DNA from: Candidatus Falkowbacteria bacterium
GTDB taxonomy: Bacteria; Patescibacteriota; Patescibacteriia; CAIXNZ01
NCBI GenBank assembly: GCA_963774955.1
Contig: CAVZGV010000003.1
Coordinates: 386,981 to 450,980 of the forward strand
Length of the DNA: 64,000 bases
Reading direction: 5' to 3'
Shown: piece by piece, positions 27,586-37,585 of the stretch
How positions within the stretch are numbered: the stretch's first letter is position 1
Layout of the letters: each line of letters begins with the position of its first letter
Translations under genes and position numbers: made by a program
The notes under the pieces: model-generated
What the model was told of the DNA's origin: nothing
The model's input: only the letters and a program-made list of their open reading frames with translations
The model's database searches: none

Positions 27586-28362
27586 ATGAAAAGACGGGTT
27601 ATTTTCGGCAAGGTTTTGGTCTTGGGCTTGGTTTTGGTCCTGCTGGCCATCTCGAGCTGCATCAAGAATGACCAGCCAGTTTCCACAGAGCCCATTAAAG
27701 TGGCTTTTGTGCCACAAGGGGTGATTCCGGACATGAACAGTATCCGGAGGCCGAGTAATGCAAAAGTCATTTTCAGCTGGAGTGCCGGTGGCGGAAACAT
27801 TTATAATGAAACCAGTCGGAATACCGGAAGCGATATCGTCGCCTATCCTGGTTCGGCTAAGCCGATTCAGGTGACCACTCCGGGCGGACAAGCTATGCTT
27901 ATCCGGGCAGTAACTGGTAAGGATTCCAATTTCGGGATGCCGAAAAACATCGAAGTGCCTGCAGGTTATCGGCTTGAAGTCATCGCCTGCTATGCCACTC
28001 AGCCCAATGGACGTGGCCCGTCGTTCCGTTTAGGCGCGGACTGGCGTACCTGTGACAATTGCCAGTCAACCTCATTCAAAGGTTCCACTCATTTGGATGT
28101 TTTTGGCGACAGTCTGCGCAGTCAAAATGGTGACTGGAGAGTGCTCAAATTGTCAGAATCGCCGAATTTATATTCTGGCAAGCCCGATGAATGGTGGAGA
28201 GTTTACAATTCCGGTCCGAGCATTACGTCACCACCGAATCACCGCTGGGTAGTGGGCTGGTGCCAGTTCCTGGGCCAGCAGTATCCGGGCGTCAATGACA
28301 TCTGGGAAGGCGGCGATGCCTATCTGGCCTGGATGATAGTCTGGTACGAGCCGGTCAATTAA
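27586..28362 (+). CDS. hypothetical lipoprotein (GC-richer than the surrounding genes)
   Basis: Signal peptide plus lipobox LLAISSCIKN. Terminator ACGTCCTTATAGAAATATAAGGACGT plus T6 at 28380-28410. Confidence 0.5.
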   Translation: MKRRVIFGKVLVLGLVLVLLAISSCIKNDQPVSTEPIKVAFVPQGVIPDMNSIRRPSNAKVIFSWSAGGGNIYNETSRNTGSDIVAYPGSAKPIQVTTPGGQAMLIRAVTGKDSNFGMPKNIEVPAGYRLEVIACYATQPNGRGPSFRLGADWRTCDNCQSTSFKGSTHLDVFGDSLRSQNGDWRVLKLSESPNLYSGKPDEWWRVYNSGPSITSPPNHRWVVGWCQFLGQQYPGVNDIWEGGDAYLAWMIVWYEPVN

Positions 28363-28479
28363 AAAAGCTCAGGCAAATAACGTCCTTATAGAAATATAAG
28401 GACGTTTTTTAATACTTGCTTAATTAAACCAATTGCTTTATCCTACAAAAGGAATGAAAATTTCTTAAGGAGGTGTCAA

Positions 28480-28707
28480 ATGATTGAAATCATTGGAATC
28501 TTATTTCTCTGCCTGTTATTTTGCGGTCTAATTTATCACGAGTATAAGAAAAACAATCATTGTCCGCAGTGCGGCAGTAAATTAGACTGGCAGGACAGAG
28601 GCAGGGTGGATTCACCACTGGGCTCTTATGCCCTTAAGCAGGCGGGTTATTGTCCTTTATGTCAAAAAGACAGGGGAGAACGGTACCAGGATGATAGGTA
28701 CTATTGA
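28480..28707 (+). CDS. small membrane-anchored zinc-ribbon protein
   Basis: RBS AAGGAGG. N-terminal TM helix, then CPQCGS…CPLCQ. Confidence 0.45.
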   Translation: MIEIIGILFLCLLFCGLIYHEYKKNNHCPQCGSKLDWQDRGRVDSPLGSYALKQAGYCPLCQKDRGERYQDDRYY

Positions 28708-28809
28708 AAAAATGCTAGCCGTTATAGGGTAGTATTTTTTTAATATTTACTCTCTTGATTTTAACGGCTAATAGGATTAAAATTAGAATATAAATAATAA
28801 TTTTTATAA

Positions 28810-29136
28810 ATGGAGACTCCAATTAATATTCTAAAACATAAAATCGTCAGAATTCGCTGTAATAAGTGTCAGCGTGACATGGAACCGCAGCAGCCTGGGC
28901 AGGGCTGTCCGTTTTGCGGGGAAAAAAATAATCTGACCTTTATCTATGATAACGGTCAGGAACTTAACCTGGGGATAAAAAAGCCCAAATATCCACCAAT
29001 AGTGTACGCGGCGACCCTGGTTAGTACCATAATTTTATTTGCTGCCTACAAACTTTTACCGTTTAATCTGGTTGCTTTTGTTTTTGTGGCCGTCGTAGCC
29101 TTTGATTTGATTATAGCCTATAAATATAAAAAATAA
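28810..29136 (+). CDS. small zinc-ribbon protein with a C-terminal TM anchor
   Basis: CNKCQR…CPFCGE followed by two hydrophobic helices. Confidence 0.45.
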   Translation: METPINILKHKIVRIRCNKCQRDMEPQQPGQGCPFCGEKNNLTFIYDNGQELNLGIKKPKYPPIVYAATLVSTIILFAAYKLLPFNLVAFVFVAVVAFDLIIAYKYKK

Positions 29137-29140
29137 TTGT

Positions 29141-29419
29141 ATGAAAAAAACAGCCTTAATTTTATTTTTATTGTTATTTGTTTTAGGCGGTTGCGGAGCC
29201 AAAGGTTATGTCCAGCTGCAAAATGAGTGCGAAAGTAACAATGCTATCTGGCAGGCTGATTATCATGAATGCGATGACGGCGGTATCTCTTCAGCCTGGG
29301 ATATGAAAGACTGGTGCGATAAAAATGGCGGCGCCTATAATAACTGTGCTTCGCCCTGCAGACATTTTGAGAATAAAGGCGCCTGTATTCAGGTATGTTA
29401 TCGCATGTGCTCATATTAA
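29141..29419 (+). CDS. small secreted Cys-rich lipoprotein
   Basis: Lipobox FVLGGCGAK. 10 Cys in 92 aa. Confidence 0.45.
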   Translation: MKKTALILFLLLFVLGGCGAKGYVQLQNECESNNAIWQADYHECDDGGISSAWDMKDWCDKNGGAYNNCASPCRHFENKGACIQVCYRMCSY

Positions 29420-29442
29420 ATAAACTAAATATTTTTTAAGCT

Positions 29443-30405
29443 ATGAAAAAACTATTACTTTTTTTTCTGCTGGTTATTTTTGTTTTTCCGACAACTGCCA
29501 AGGCAGCAATTAGCGATACTGTCCGGGGCATGATTTTGCTTCAGGTGGAGTCCAATGGTGAAGCCTGGTATGTTTATCCGGCTGATAATAATCGTTATTA
29601 TATGAAAGATGGACAGGTGGCGTATCAGATGATGCGTAATTTTGGACTGGGTATTACTGATACTGATTTGGCCAAAATACCGACCGTGGCCGATACTGCA
29701 GCTATGAAGAATTCAAGTAGTGTTTGTGCCGCAAATGCTTTAGCTAATAAACTCAAGGGTAAGATTTTACTGCAGGTACAGCAGCACGGTGAAGCCTGGT
29801 ATATATATCCGCAAACCTGCCGTCGAATTTATCTGAAAGACGGCGCTGCAGCTTATGAAATTATGCGTTTTCTAGGGCTGGGCATTACCAATCTTAATTT
29901 GGCTTTGGTACCGGTAGTGCCGGTGCCTTCAACTCAGTTTACCAGCTGTTTGGATTCGAAAAAATATCTGGATAAAGTCAACACTGATGTGGCTTTAGCT
30001 AAAAGTCTGGGGGTTGAAGCTACGCCGACCTCATTTTTAAATGACAATAAGTATCAGGGTGCTATGGATCAGACTACCTGGGAAAGCATTGTTAAATTAG
30101 CTGAGCAGACCAACCCCGGCCAGCCCATTGTCATCCAGACTTTCTCAGATTTTCAATGTCCTTATTGCAGTCGTCAGGCAGCGGTTTTTGATCAGTTGGC
30201 AGCCAAACATAGTAATGTTTCTCTTGATTTCCATCATTTCCCTTTATTTTTTCATGCCTTGGCTGAAACTGCGGCCTTGGCGGCTGAATGCGCCAGAGAA
30301 CAGGGTAAGTTCAAAGCCATGCACGATGCTTTATTTGTCCTGACAGATACCGGGAAAATGTCTTATAATAATATTCTCAAAGCTGCGGCTGAATTGGGAT
30401 TATAA
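29443..30405 (+). CDS. secreted DsbA-like thiol:disulfide oxidoreductase with two N-terminal GEAWYVYP-type repeats
   Basis: Signal peptide. Two repeats GMILLQVESNGEAWYVYP… and GKILLQVQQHGEAWYIYP…. C-terminal thioredoxin-fold block IQTFSDFQCPYCSRQ (CPYC active site) …FHHFPL…. Confidence 0.6.
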   Translation: MKKLLLFFLLVIFVFPTTAKAAISDTVRGMILLQVESNGEAWYVYPADNNRYYMKDGQVAYQMMRNFGLGITDTDLAKIPTVADTAAMKNSSSVCAANALANKLKGKILLQVQQHGEAWYIYPQTCRRIYLKDGAAAYEIMRFLGLGITNLNLALVPVVPVPSTQFTSCLDSKKYLDKVNTDVALAKSLGVEATPTSFLNDNKYQGAMDQTTWESIVKLAEQTNPGQPIVIQTFSDFQCPYCSRQAAVFDQLAAKHSNVSLDFHHFPLFFHALAETAALAAECAREQGKFKAMHDALFVLTDTGKMSYNNILKAAAELGL

Positions 30406-30480
30406 ATAATTTTTCAGCAATAAATGTTTTATCAGCGCCCCCTGATCCCGCATTGCGGGGCTCGGGGCGTTTTGTTTAAA

Positions 30481-30516
30481 ATAAAAAAACGGAGCCGGTT
30501 AAAGCTCCGTTGGTTT
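30481..30516. terminator. bidirectional terminator hairpin
   Basis: AAAAAAACGGAGCCGGTTAAAGCTCCGTTGGTTTT. Serves the minus-strand genes ending at 30535. A further GC hairpin at 30425-30470 follows the + gene. Confidence 0.55.
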
Positions 30517-30534
30517 TGTTAATAAGAGTCAGTG

Positions 30535-30975
30535 TTAGTTAGAACGTCCGAAGCCTATTTGAATGACTTGGATACCGGATCTTTGATCCTGCATCCGTTC
30601 CGCAGCCTCGTCGTTGATGACCACGATCTGAAAGCCTTCACGGACACCCAGACTGCTTTCGTGCCTGTTGAGCCGATCTTCGAGCAGCTGCCAAAAAAGC
30701 GCGTGCAGGGTTTCAGCTTGCTTGCCGATCATTTTCACTCTGGCGCATTTGTCACTGGCTCTGTCTTCGATCGTGTCGTCACAAGCATCGCAAGTGGCTT
30801 GGCACTCGGCAATTTTTTGATGGGAAAGAGTAAAGACAGCTTTTTCCAGAGCCGTGCATTCGCCGATGACTTCTTCACTGTCTTCGTCGACAGCGGTTTC
30901 GGGATCAGTGAAATTTGCGCCGGTTAGCTGATCGTCGATTTCCTGAAAAATAGTTCCCTTGAAAGTTTCGTTCAT
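30535..30975 (-). CDS. hypothetical protein; tandem paralog of 31005-31466
   Basis: RBS AAGGAGAAAAG precedes ATG at 30975 (MNETFKGTIFQEIDD…GECTALEKAVFTL…FWQLLEDRLN…REGFQIV…). GC-richer than the surroundings. Confidence 0.55.
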   Translation of the reverse strand: MNETFKGTIFQEIDDQLTGANFTDPETAVDEDSEEVIGECTALEKAVFTLSHQKIAECQATCDACDDTIEDRASDKCARVKMIGKQAETLHALFWQLLEDRLNRHESSLGVREGFQIVVINDEAAERMQDQRSGIQVIQIGFGRSN

Positions 30976-31004
30976 TCTTTTCTCCTTGTCTTGATTTTGT
31001 TGGT

Positions 31005-31466
31005 TTATTCCAGGTCCAAAAGCTTGGCCAGTCCGCTGCCGCCGAGACCAATGATTTGGATTCTCGAACCACGGTGGTGCAGCCGTTCAGCAGCCTGCTT
31101 GCTGAGTTCCACGATCCGGAAACCCTCGCGAATGCTCATTTCTGCATTGGGTTCATTCAGCCGGTCCATAATGAGCTGCCAGAACATCCGTCTCAGGACA
31201 TTGACCTGCGATTCGAGCTTGTTTTTACGTTCGTGCGCGGCCTGAGAGCCGTCCTTGCAGAGCTCGGACAGGGCCTGATGAATGGTAGCGATTTCCTTGG
31301 CCTTGTTGAGAAAAAGGGTGAAAACTGCCTTTTCCAGGTCAGTGCATTCGCCGAGAAGCAAATCGTCTGCTTCAGGCGGAGGAGCTGACTCCGTCTGGCT
31401 AAAATTACCACTGGTTACGATGGCATCGATTTCCTCAATCAATGTCCCTTGGTACGCTTCGTTCAT
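31005..31466 (-). CDS. hypothetical protein; tandem paralog of 30535-30975
   Basis: RBS AAGGAGG precedes ATG at 31466 (MNEAYQGTLIEEIDA…GECTDLEKAVFTL…FWQLIMDRLN…REGFRIV…). The ORF-track extension to 31520 lacks an RBS. Confidence 0.55.
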   Translation of the reverse strand: MNEAYQGTLIEEIDAIVTSGNFSQTESAPPPEADDLLLGECTDLEKAVFTLFLNKAKEIATIHQALSELCKDGSQAAHERKNKLESQVNVLRRMFWQLIMDRLNEPNAEMSIREGFRIVELSKQAAERLHHRGSRIQIIGLGGSGLAKLLDLE

Positions 31467-31694
31467 TCTTTGCCTCCTTGTGTCTGTTGGTTTAAAGTCC
31501 AGAACTTCAATTTCCTTCAATAATGTAGTAATTTAGCAGAATTGAAATGAATTGTCAAGCGGTGATTTGCTTCGTTGTCCCTCCTTTTTCTAGCTTGATT
31601 TTTCGTGGTAAAAATTGTAAAATTAAATCAGAATATAGACAAATATAACAGTGTAAATAATAAATTCTAAACGGTTTAAGCTGGATTTATTTAT

Positions 31695-34600
31695 ATGAAA
31701 AAATCATTTGAACAAATGAAAGCCCAGACTAAAGCAGTTGAATTGCATCAGAAACTTAAGGGCAGAGAGGGAGCTCTCGGAAATTTTGGTTATCAAGAAC
31801 TTAATTATAAGGAAATAATTCAGGCTTTAAGCGGACCCCAGCCGGGTGAACATTGGCTTTTTTATAAAAAATATCTTGAGGACCTCAGGGCCATGCGCCG
31901 GGAAGAAAGAAAAAAATACCGTCAGGCTGGTAAAAGTTTTAAAGAGCCGACCATCGATGCTCTGGCGGAAAAGCTGAGTTTTGGCAGTCTGAGGCTGAAA
32001 CAACTGGAAAGGCTGCAGCAAGATAATGGCCTGGGGCAAGTGACCAGAATTTTTACTGATGAACAGGTTCTTGAAGCTAGTAAAGATCAGGCGGCTTTTA
32101 AACGGACTATAGATGATGTCCTGGCTAAGCGACCAGAGACGATTTTTAAAATTTTAACTAATTTGCCTAATTTGATCCCGGTAGAACAGGCCAAGCAGTT
32201 AGTACTTAAGGAGATCAAAGATTCGTCACACGTTGGTTTGGGGGAATTGGATGCCTGTGTTGGAATTTTTTCACCCGGTGAAGTCAGGCAAATCATCACT
32301 GAAGCTATTACAGATAAAAAGCTCGATCCTTTTTCATTGTTTTCTTATAAAGATTATAAAAAATATTTGCCCAAAGATGAGGTCACGATCCTTTTGAAAA
32401 ATGATTTACTGACACAGGATTATGTTTATTTTTACGATTTTGAGAAATATATAGCTGACGGCTATCTGACTTTTGAGGATCAGACCGCTTATATTATGAC
32501 TAAGCTGAGTCAGACTGAAATTAATAATGATTTTATAAGCAAATTATCCGAGCAGAATATGGCTGAAATGGTTTATAATAAATTGGCAGCAGAAGACCTG
32601 CAAAAAATCGGCGGACTTTTAGTCAAATATTTTTCCGGTGATCCGGCCGGTTTGTATCATTTGCCTGCTTTTGTCAGAATGAATCTGACCAGTCATGAGC
32701 AGGCGGTTGATATTGTCAGACAGTGTATTAAAAATGAAAAATTTCCGCTCTGGAATCTGGATACGGCTTTAAAATTTTTAGCTGCTGATGAAATCCAGCC
32801 GCTGTTAGCTCGCGCCATTACTGCAAACCCCGATGAGATAATCAGAAATTTTCGCACTTACAGCAAATATATGACTGCAGAACAGGCGACCACGGCGATT
32901 ATGGAAGCGGTTTCGTCCCGGCCGACGGTAGTGGCCGAGAATTCGGATTTAATTAATGAGCATATCAAAGATCCGGATGTGCGCCAAAAATTGTTAAATC
33001 AGGTTATTGGCAGTATCAGTCCAAATGCATTTTGTCGGAACGCAGATGAGTTGTTTGAGGCTTTAAAAATTAGCGATGCCACTGAACAGAAAACCATGAT
33101 TACCAAAAAATTGTTTGAAGAGCCGAGCTTTGAATATTTAAGTAACAGTAAGATCGTCTCACGTTTCAGCCCCCAGGAAATTGAAGAGATTGTGGCTAAA
33201 CAGCTAGAGCTGGGGCTGGGCAATATGCTGGAAAATTTGGAAAGCGTCCGCCAGGTAGTCGGTGGGGATAAGGAGCTAAAAAAGATTATTCTGGACGGGG
33301 TAGACAAGGATCCTTCGGGATTTTTTACGGGTATTGAAAAAATTCAGTATCTTTTTTCGACTGCTGATTTTGAATTTCTGATCAAACGGGCGACCAAGAC
33401 CCCTCAGGGTATCCACAGCGGTATTTTTGGCTTTGATAAATGGGTACCGCTGGTCAATCCGGAATTTACGGCTGATTTTCTCAGAGAGAGCAGCCCGTAT
33501 TCAGTGGAGTTTTTGTTTTATCAGATCGGTAAATTTTGGAATTATCTGCCTGAAGCTGAGCGGCGTGATTTTTATCTGAAATTGATTGAATATCAGCCGC
33601 TGCTGGCGCTTGATAACGAAAAACAGCTGGCCACGAAATTGCCGGATATCAGCCGAAAAAAAATAATTGAAATTGCCTATCAAAGTGAAAATATGGCTTT
33701 TGCGCCCAAAAGTCTGGATGAAATTTTTCAGCAATTGGACAAAGAAACAGATGATGAAACCAGAATTAATCTGATCGGGCAGGGAGCTCATATTCATCTG
33801 GCCATCAGTCAGATTAAAAAAAATAATTTGAGCCAGAGTTATTTGAAATTATTAAATCAGGAAAGTCTGGGCGTCAAGCGTGAAGCTGAATTGCTGTCAA
33901 CGTTTGAGTGCCTGTCCATGCTGAAGGAAAACAATCCCAAACTGGGTGCGCAGCTGGATAAAATTGAAAATCAGGAGGCGGCTCAGAAAATAATTTTTAA
34001 AGAACTGGCAGCGCTGACAGGACTCAAGGAAAAAATTTCCGACCAGCAGATTGTAAGTTTTTCCCGGGCCATGGAATCGCCGGTGCCCTTTACTATTTAT
34101 TTTTTGCAATACAAAGATTCACCTGAACATGCACAGATTCTGAAGGAAATTTTCCTGTCACTTTTAGACGGAAATTTTAGCGACTGGAAATACGGTGAAC
34201 TGGAAGTCCAAAAAGCCCATAATTATCTGCCGCATAATTTGACGCCGGAGCAATACCAGGCCTGGCAGCAGGATGACAGTCTGACTTTGTTTGAAAGTCT
34301 GGCTTTGAGCACTCATGAAGCGGCTGTGGCTATCCGACAGGAAATAGTCAATAATGCCTTTCATTTTAAGATTGAAGGCTTGGAAGATCAGGAATTGGCT
34401 GTAGATCTGTTGCCCGACATTGCCAAGGAAGCTGTCGTTATCGGCCAGGAACTGGCCAAAACCAATAAGGCGATTGCGGAACTGAAAAAGAGCGGTCAGG
34501 CTGAGTCGGACCAGATGAAAGAACTCCTGGTTTCCCGCGACCAGCTGCAGGCCAATCGTCAGATGCTTTTGACTATCCGCAGTCTAGTCCGTCTGGCCAA

Positions 34601-35327
34601 TCTCAACCCAGAGGAAGTCGCCAGCGGTTATCTGCTTGAGGGTAAAGACAAGAAGAAAAAAGGTGAGACTTTAAAACAGGTGCTTACCGGGATTCGCCGC
34701 GGCACAGCAGCGGAGGGCGCTTTTGTTTTAGATAATATTGAAAGGAAATTAGCCGGATTTCGAAGTCAGAACCAGTCTAAACAAAATTTAATCTGTACTG
34801 ATTCGGGCACGGCCGAAGATTTTCTGCTGGTCGGTGCCAGACCGGTCAATTCCTGCCAGCATTATGCCGATGGCGGTTATAATGATTGCCTGCTGGGTTA
34901 TAGCGGACCGGAAGTCAAGATTCTGATGCTTAAAAATGAAAAGGACAAGCCGGTGGCCCGGGCTATTTTCCGGATACTAAGCGATGAGAAAGGCAATCCC
35001 TGTCTGCATGTGGAACATATTTATTCAGCCTCTATGAACAGCGGAGTTTACCGTTCAATTTACAGCCAGGCTCTGAAAAAAGCCGAAGCTCTGGGTATCC
35101 CGCTTTTTGTCAGCGCCGTTGATGTTGAAGAAATGACTGAAGGCAAGGATAATCAGCTGGCTAAAGCTTTTAATTTCAGGTCCAGTGACACGGTTTTATA
35201 CTCGCAGATCATTCGTGCGCCCAAAATTTATGTTGATTCAGCCGGTGGCGCCAAATCATTCGGCAAGTATCAGCTGTCAAGGCTGCGACAGGTTGAAAAA
35301 ATTGAGGCCGAAGAGCCAAAATCATAA
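31695..35327 (+). CDS. giant (1210 aa) predominantly alpha-helical hypothetical protein
   Basis: Single uninterrupted ORF. No recognisable catalytic motif. The C-terminal ~200 aa are Cys/His-containing and globular-looking. Confidence 0.55.
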   Translation: MKKSFEQMKAQTKAVELHQKLKGREGALGNFGYQELNYKEIIQALSGPQPGEHWLFYKKYLEDLRAMRREERKKYRQAGKSFKEPTIDALAEKLSFGSLRLKQLERLQQDNGLGQVTRIFTDEQVLEASKDQAAFKRTIDDVLAKRPETIFKILTNLPNLIPVEQAKQLVLKEIKDSSHVGLGELDACVGIFSPGEVRQIITEAITDKKLDPFSLFSYKDYKKYLPKDEVTILLKNDLLTQDYVYFYDFEKYIADGYLTFEDQTAYIMTKLSQTEINNDFISKLSEQNMAEMVYNKLAAEDLQKIGGLLVKYFSGDPAGLYHLPAFVRMNLTSHEQAVDIVRQCIKNEKFPLWNLDTALKFLAADEIQPLLARAITANPDEIIRNFRTYSKYMTAEQATTAIMEAVSSRPTVVAENSDLINEHIKDPDVRQKLLNQVIGSISPNAFCRNADELFEALKISDATEQKTMITKKLFEEPSFEYLSNSKIVSRFSPQEIEEIVAKQLELGLGNMLENLESVRQVVGGDKELKKIILDGVDKDPSGFFTGIEKIQYLFSTADFEFLIKRATKTPQGIHSGIFGFDKWVPLVNPEFTADFLRESSPYSVEFLFYQIGKFWNYLPEAERRDFYLKLIEYQPLLALDNEKQLATKLPDISRKKIIEIAYQSENMAFAPKSLDEIFQQLDKETDDETRINLIGQGAHIHLAISQIKKNNLSQSYLKLLNQESLGVKREAELLSTFECLSMLKENNPKLGAQLDKIENQEAAQKIIFKELAALTGLKEKISDQQIVSFSRAMESPVPFTIYFLQYKDSPEHAQILKEIFLSLLDGNFSDWKYGELEVQKAHNYLPHNLTPEQYQAWQQDDSLTLFESLALSTHEAAVAIRQEIVNNAFHFKIEGLEDQELAVDLLPDIAKEAVVIGQELAKTNKAIAELKKSGQAESDQMKELLVSRDQLQANRQMLLTIRSLVRLANLNPEEVASGYLLEGKDKKKKGETLKQVLTGIRRGTAAEGAFVLDNIERKLAGFRSQNQSKQNLICTDSGTAEDFLLVGARPVNSCQHYADGGYNDCLLGYSGPEVKILMLKNEKDKPVARAIFRILSDEKGNPCLHVEHIYSASMNSGVYRSIYSQALKKAEALGIPLFVSAVDVEEMTEGKDNQLAKAFNFRSSDTVLYSQIIRAPKIYVDSAGGAKSFGKYQLSRLRQVEKIEAEEPKS

Positions 35328-35344
35328 TTCGATAATATAAAAAT

Positions 35345-36319
35345 ATGAAAGACCAAATTTTGCCGGAACAGGATCAGGCAAAAATAGCTGACTTGAAAAA
35401 ACAGCTGACCATAGTTGACGGCTGGATTTATTTTGTGATTACGATTTTTCTGGCTTTTATCTGTCTGATATTTTTAATAGATTCTTTCAGTGAAGACAAA
35501 GATTCTATGCTGATGAGTTTTGGATTTAATCAGGCGACCAGCGCCGCCATCTGGAACAATCTGCAGATTGTTGCGGTTTTATTCTTTTTTGTCAGCTTGC
35601 TAACAATCATTGGTTTATTCCAGCGTCATTTTTGGTTACGAAAGAAAATCGGGCTTAAAGGCGTGGATAATCTGACGGATTTATTAATGACTGATATGGT
35701 CAATGTAGCCAAAATTACCACTGGCGAGTCGCCCAATCTTAACGGCAAACCCCGCGTCTTTATCATTCACGGCTGGGGTGGTAAACCCGAAGAAGCCTGG
35801 TTTCCCTGGCTCAAGAAAAAGCTGGAAGCCAAAGGCATCAGCGTCTATGTGCCGGCCATGCCTGACACTGAACATCCGGCTATAGATAAATGGGTGCCGT
35901 ATTTAGCCGCCCAAGTCGGCTGGCCTGACACCAATACTTATTTAGTCGGTCATTCCATTGGCGTGCAGACAATTTTACGCTATTTACAGACACTTGATCG
36001 GCCGGTTGGCGGGGTAGTGGCCGTGGCCGGGTTTTTCACTTTAATCCCAGGATCTTTAGACGGTCCTGGAGAAGAAAAACAAGCCAAGCCCTGGCTGGAA
36101 ACTCCGATTGACACTGACAAAGTTAAGCAAAATACTAATAAAATAATCGCCATTTTTTCTGACACAGATAAGTTTGTGGGATTGGAAAACGTTGATTATT
36201 TTAAAAAACGACTGGGGGCTCAGACATTTGTCTTAAACAAAAAGGGACACATGGGTTCAAGTGACGGCATTCAAGAATTGCCGGAGATTTTGGAGGCAGT
36301 TGAGGAAATAATGAAATAA
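35345..36319 (+). CDS. membrane-anchored alpha/beta hydrolase (YdeN/RBBP9-like serine hydrolase)
   Basis: N-terminal TM helices, then VFIIHGWGGKPEEAWFPWL…VGHSIG (GxSxG nucleophile elbow). Confidence 0.55.
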   Translation: MKDQILPEQDQAKIADLKKQLTIVDGWIYFVITIFLAFICLIFLIDSFSEDKDSMLMSFGFNQATSAAIWNNLQIVAVLFFFVSLLTIIGLFQRHFWLRKKIGLKGVDNLTDLLMTDMVNVAKITTGESPNLNGKPRVFIIHGWGGKPEEAWFPWLKKKLEAKGISVYVPAMPDTEHPAIDKWVPYLAAQVGWPDTNTYLVGHSIGVQTILRYLQTLDRPVGGVVAVAGFFTLIPGSLDGPGEEKQAKPWLETPIDTDKVKQNTNKIIAIFSDTDKFVGLENVDYFKKRLGAQTFVLNKKGHMGSSDGIQELPEILEAVEEIMK

Positions 36320-36429
36320 TAAATTATATAATAAAAGATTTTGGCCGCCCGTTTAGTAGAGACGCATTGCAATGCGCCTCTACCGTCCGCAACCCCATAA
36401 TTAATAGCCAAAATCATAGGTTCAAATAT

Positions 36430-37251
36430 ATGAAACAAATACTATTTTTCTTTGGAACCGTTTTATTCCTGGCCAGTTGCGCGAAGCAAGCGCCGGTTCA
36501 GGTTAATTCTAATCAGCCGGTCAGCCAGAATTGTGAACTCGGGGTAAGTTATGAAAATACAGCGGTCAAACATGTTGGTTGCCAGTGCCCGGAAAACTAT
36601 GAGTTTAAGACCCTGGATATGGGCTGGGGGCCGTGTCCTGAGCCGACAATGAGTGATTGTGCGGCCTCGACTTTAATCTGTGTGAAAAAAGTCGGTACTT
36701 ATCCGCCGATTACAGCTAAAGATTTAACTGATTTATTGGCAGCCGGGGCTGAACTTAATGACACTGATTTGCCGGCTGTTAATTTGCCGGCTGAAATTAA
36801 TTATTACCAGATCGACCGGAAATTTTTTAAACTTGGTGATATTTATCTGGCCTTGGTGAAACAACCATCAATGAATATTAATTTATCCGGGCTGCCTAAT
36901 AATTTTAGTGTCAGTTATGTCGGTCTGATTGCCACCAAAGCCGATCAACAGACCTGGACTGAACTCTTAAAGCTTGAGGACGAAAATCAGACTGACAAAA
37001 ACAATCCCTATTATCTATGGGTTAAAGATAGTAAAATATATTTAAGTGTGGTTGATCAAAACGGCGCTGGCAGCGGCGAAGGCCTGATGAAGGTTTTAAC
37101 TCTCAATGAGCAAAATCACTGGGTTTTGACAGGCTGTTATTATTTTTCTGATACTTTTAATGACGGCGATTATTATCAGCTCAGTCGAGAGCTTGATAAA
37201 TTTGCAGCCAAACCACTGACAGAATGCAGTAATTTACAGTGGCAGGAATAA
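36430..37251 (+). CDS. hypothetical lipoprotein
   Basis: ATG 36430 (MKQILFFFGTVLFLASCAK) gives a signal peptide plus lipobox. The ORF-track start at 36367 is upstream of it. Confidence 0.5.
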   Translation: MKQILFFFGTVLFLASCAKQAPVQVNSNQPVSQNCELGVSYENTAVKHVGCQCPENYEFKTLDMGWGPCPEPTMSDCAASTLICVKKVGTYPPITAKDLTDLLAAGAELNDTDLPAVNLPAEINYYQIDRKFFKLGDIYLALVKQPSMNINLSGLPNNFSVSYVGLIATKADQQTWTELLKLEDENQTDKNNPYYLWVKDSKIYLSVVDQNGAGSGEGLMKVLTLNEQNHWVLTGCYYFSDTFNDGDYYQLSRELDKFAAKPLTECSNLQWQE

Positions 37252-37252
37252 A

Positions 37253-37522
37253 GTGAATTTTATGAAAAAACTTATTCTACTTATAGTCTTAATCTCGGTC
37301 TCGTCGACCCTAACAGCCTGTAATTCTTCGGCAGAATGTGTTAATGATTCTGATTGTAAAATTCTTTTTAGCAATTGTGGTTGCGAGGCCATGTCCGCCA
37401 GCGATCCCAGGACGAAATTGGAAGATGATGATAGAATCTGCGTTATTAATTCGTGCCAAGGGGCCAAGGCCATTTGTGATCAGGGGCGATGTCAGGCGGA
37501 TAAATTTTTAAATAGTAAATAA
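37253..37522 (+). CDS. small Cys-rich lipoprotein
   Basis: Lipobox STLTACNSS. 10 Cys in 89 aa. Confidence 0.45.
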   Translation: MNFMKKLILLIVLISVSSTLTACNSSAECVNDSDCKILFSNCGCEAMSASDPRTKLEDDDRICVINSCQGAKAICDQGRCQADKFLNSK

Positions 37523-37585
37523 TTTTTTAACCAAAATTTTATGTCTAATAAAATTAGATCCGCCTTTGGCGGGAAAAAACATTTT
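37520..37585 (+). repeat. conserved ~45-nt 5' cassette AAATTTTATGTCTAATAA(A/C)ATTAGATCCGCCTTTGGCGGGAAAAA (copy 1 of 3)
   Basis: Near-identical copies at 38075-38140 and 39870-39935. Spans the RBS region, the start codon and the first 13 codons. Contains hairpin CCGCCTTTGGCGG. Confidence 0.65.
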
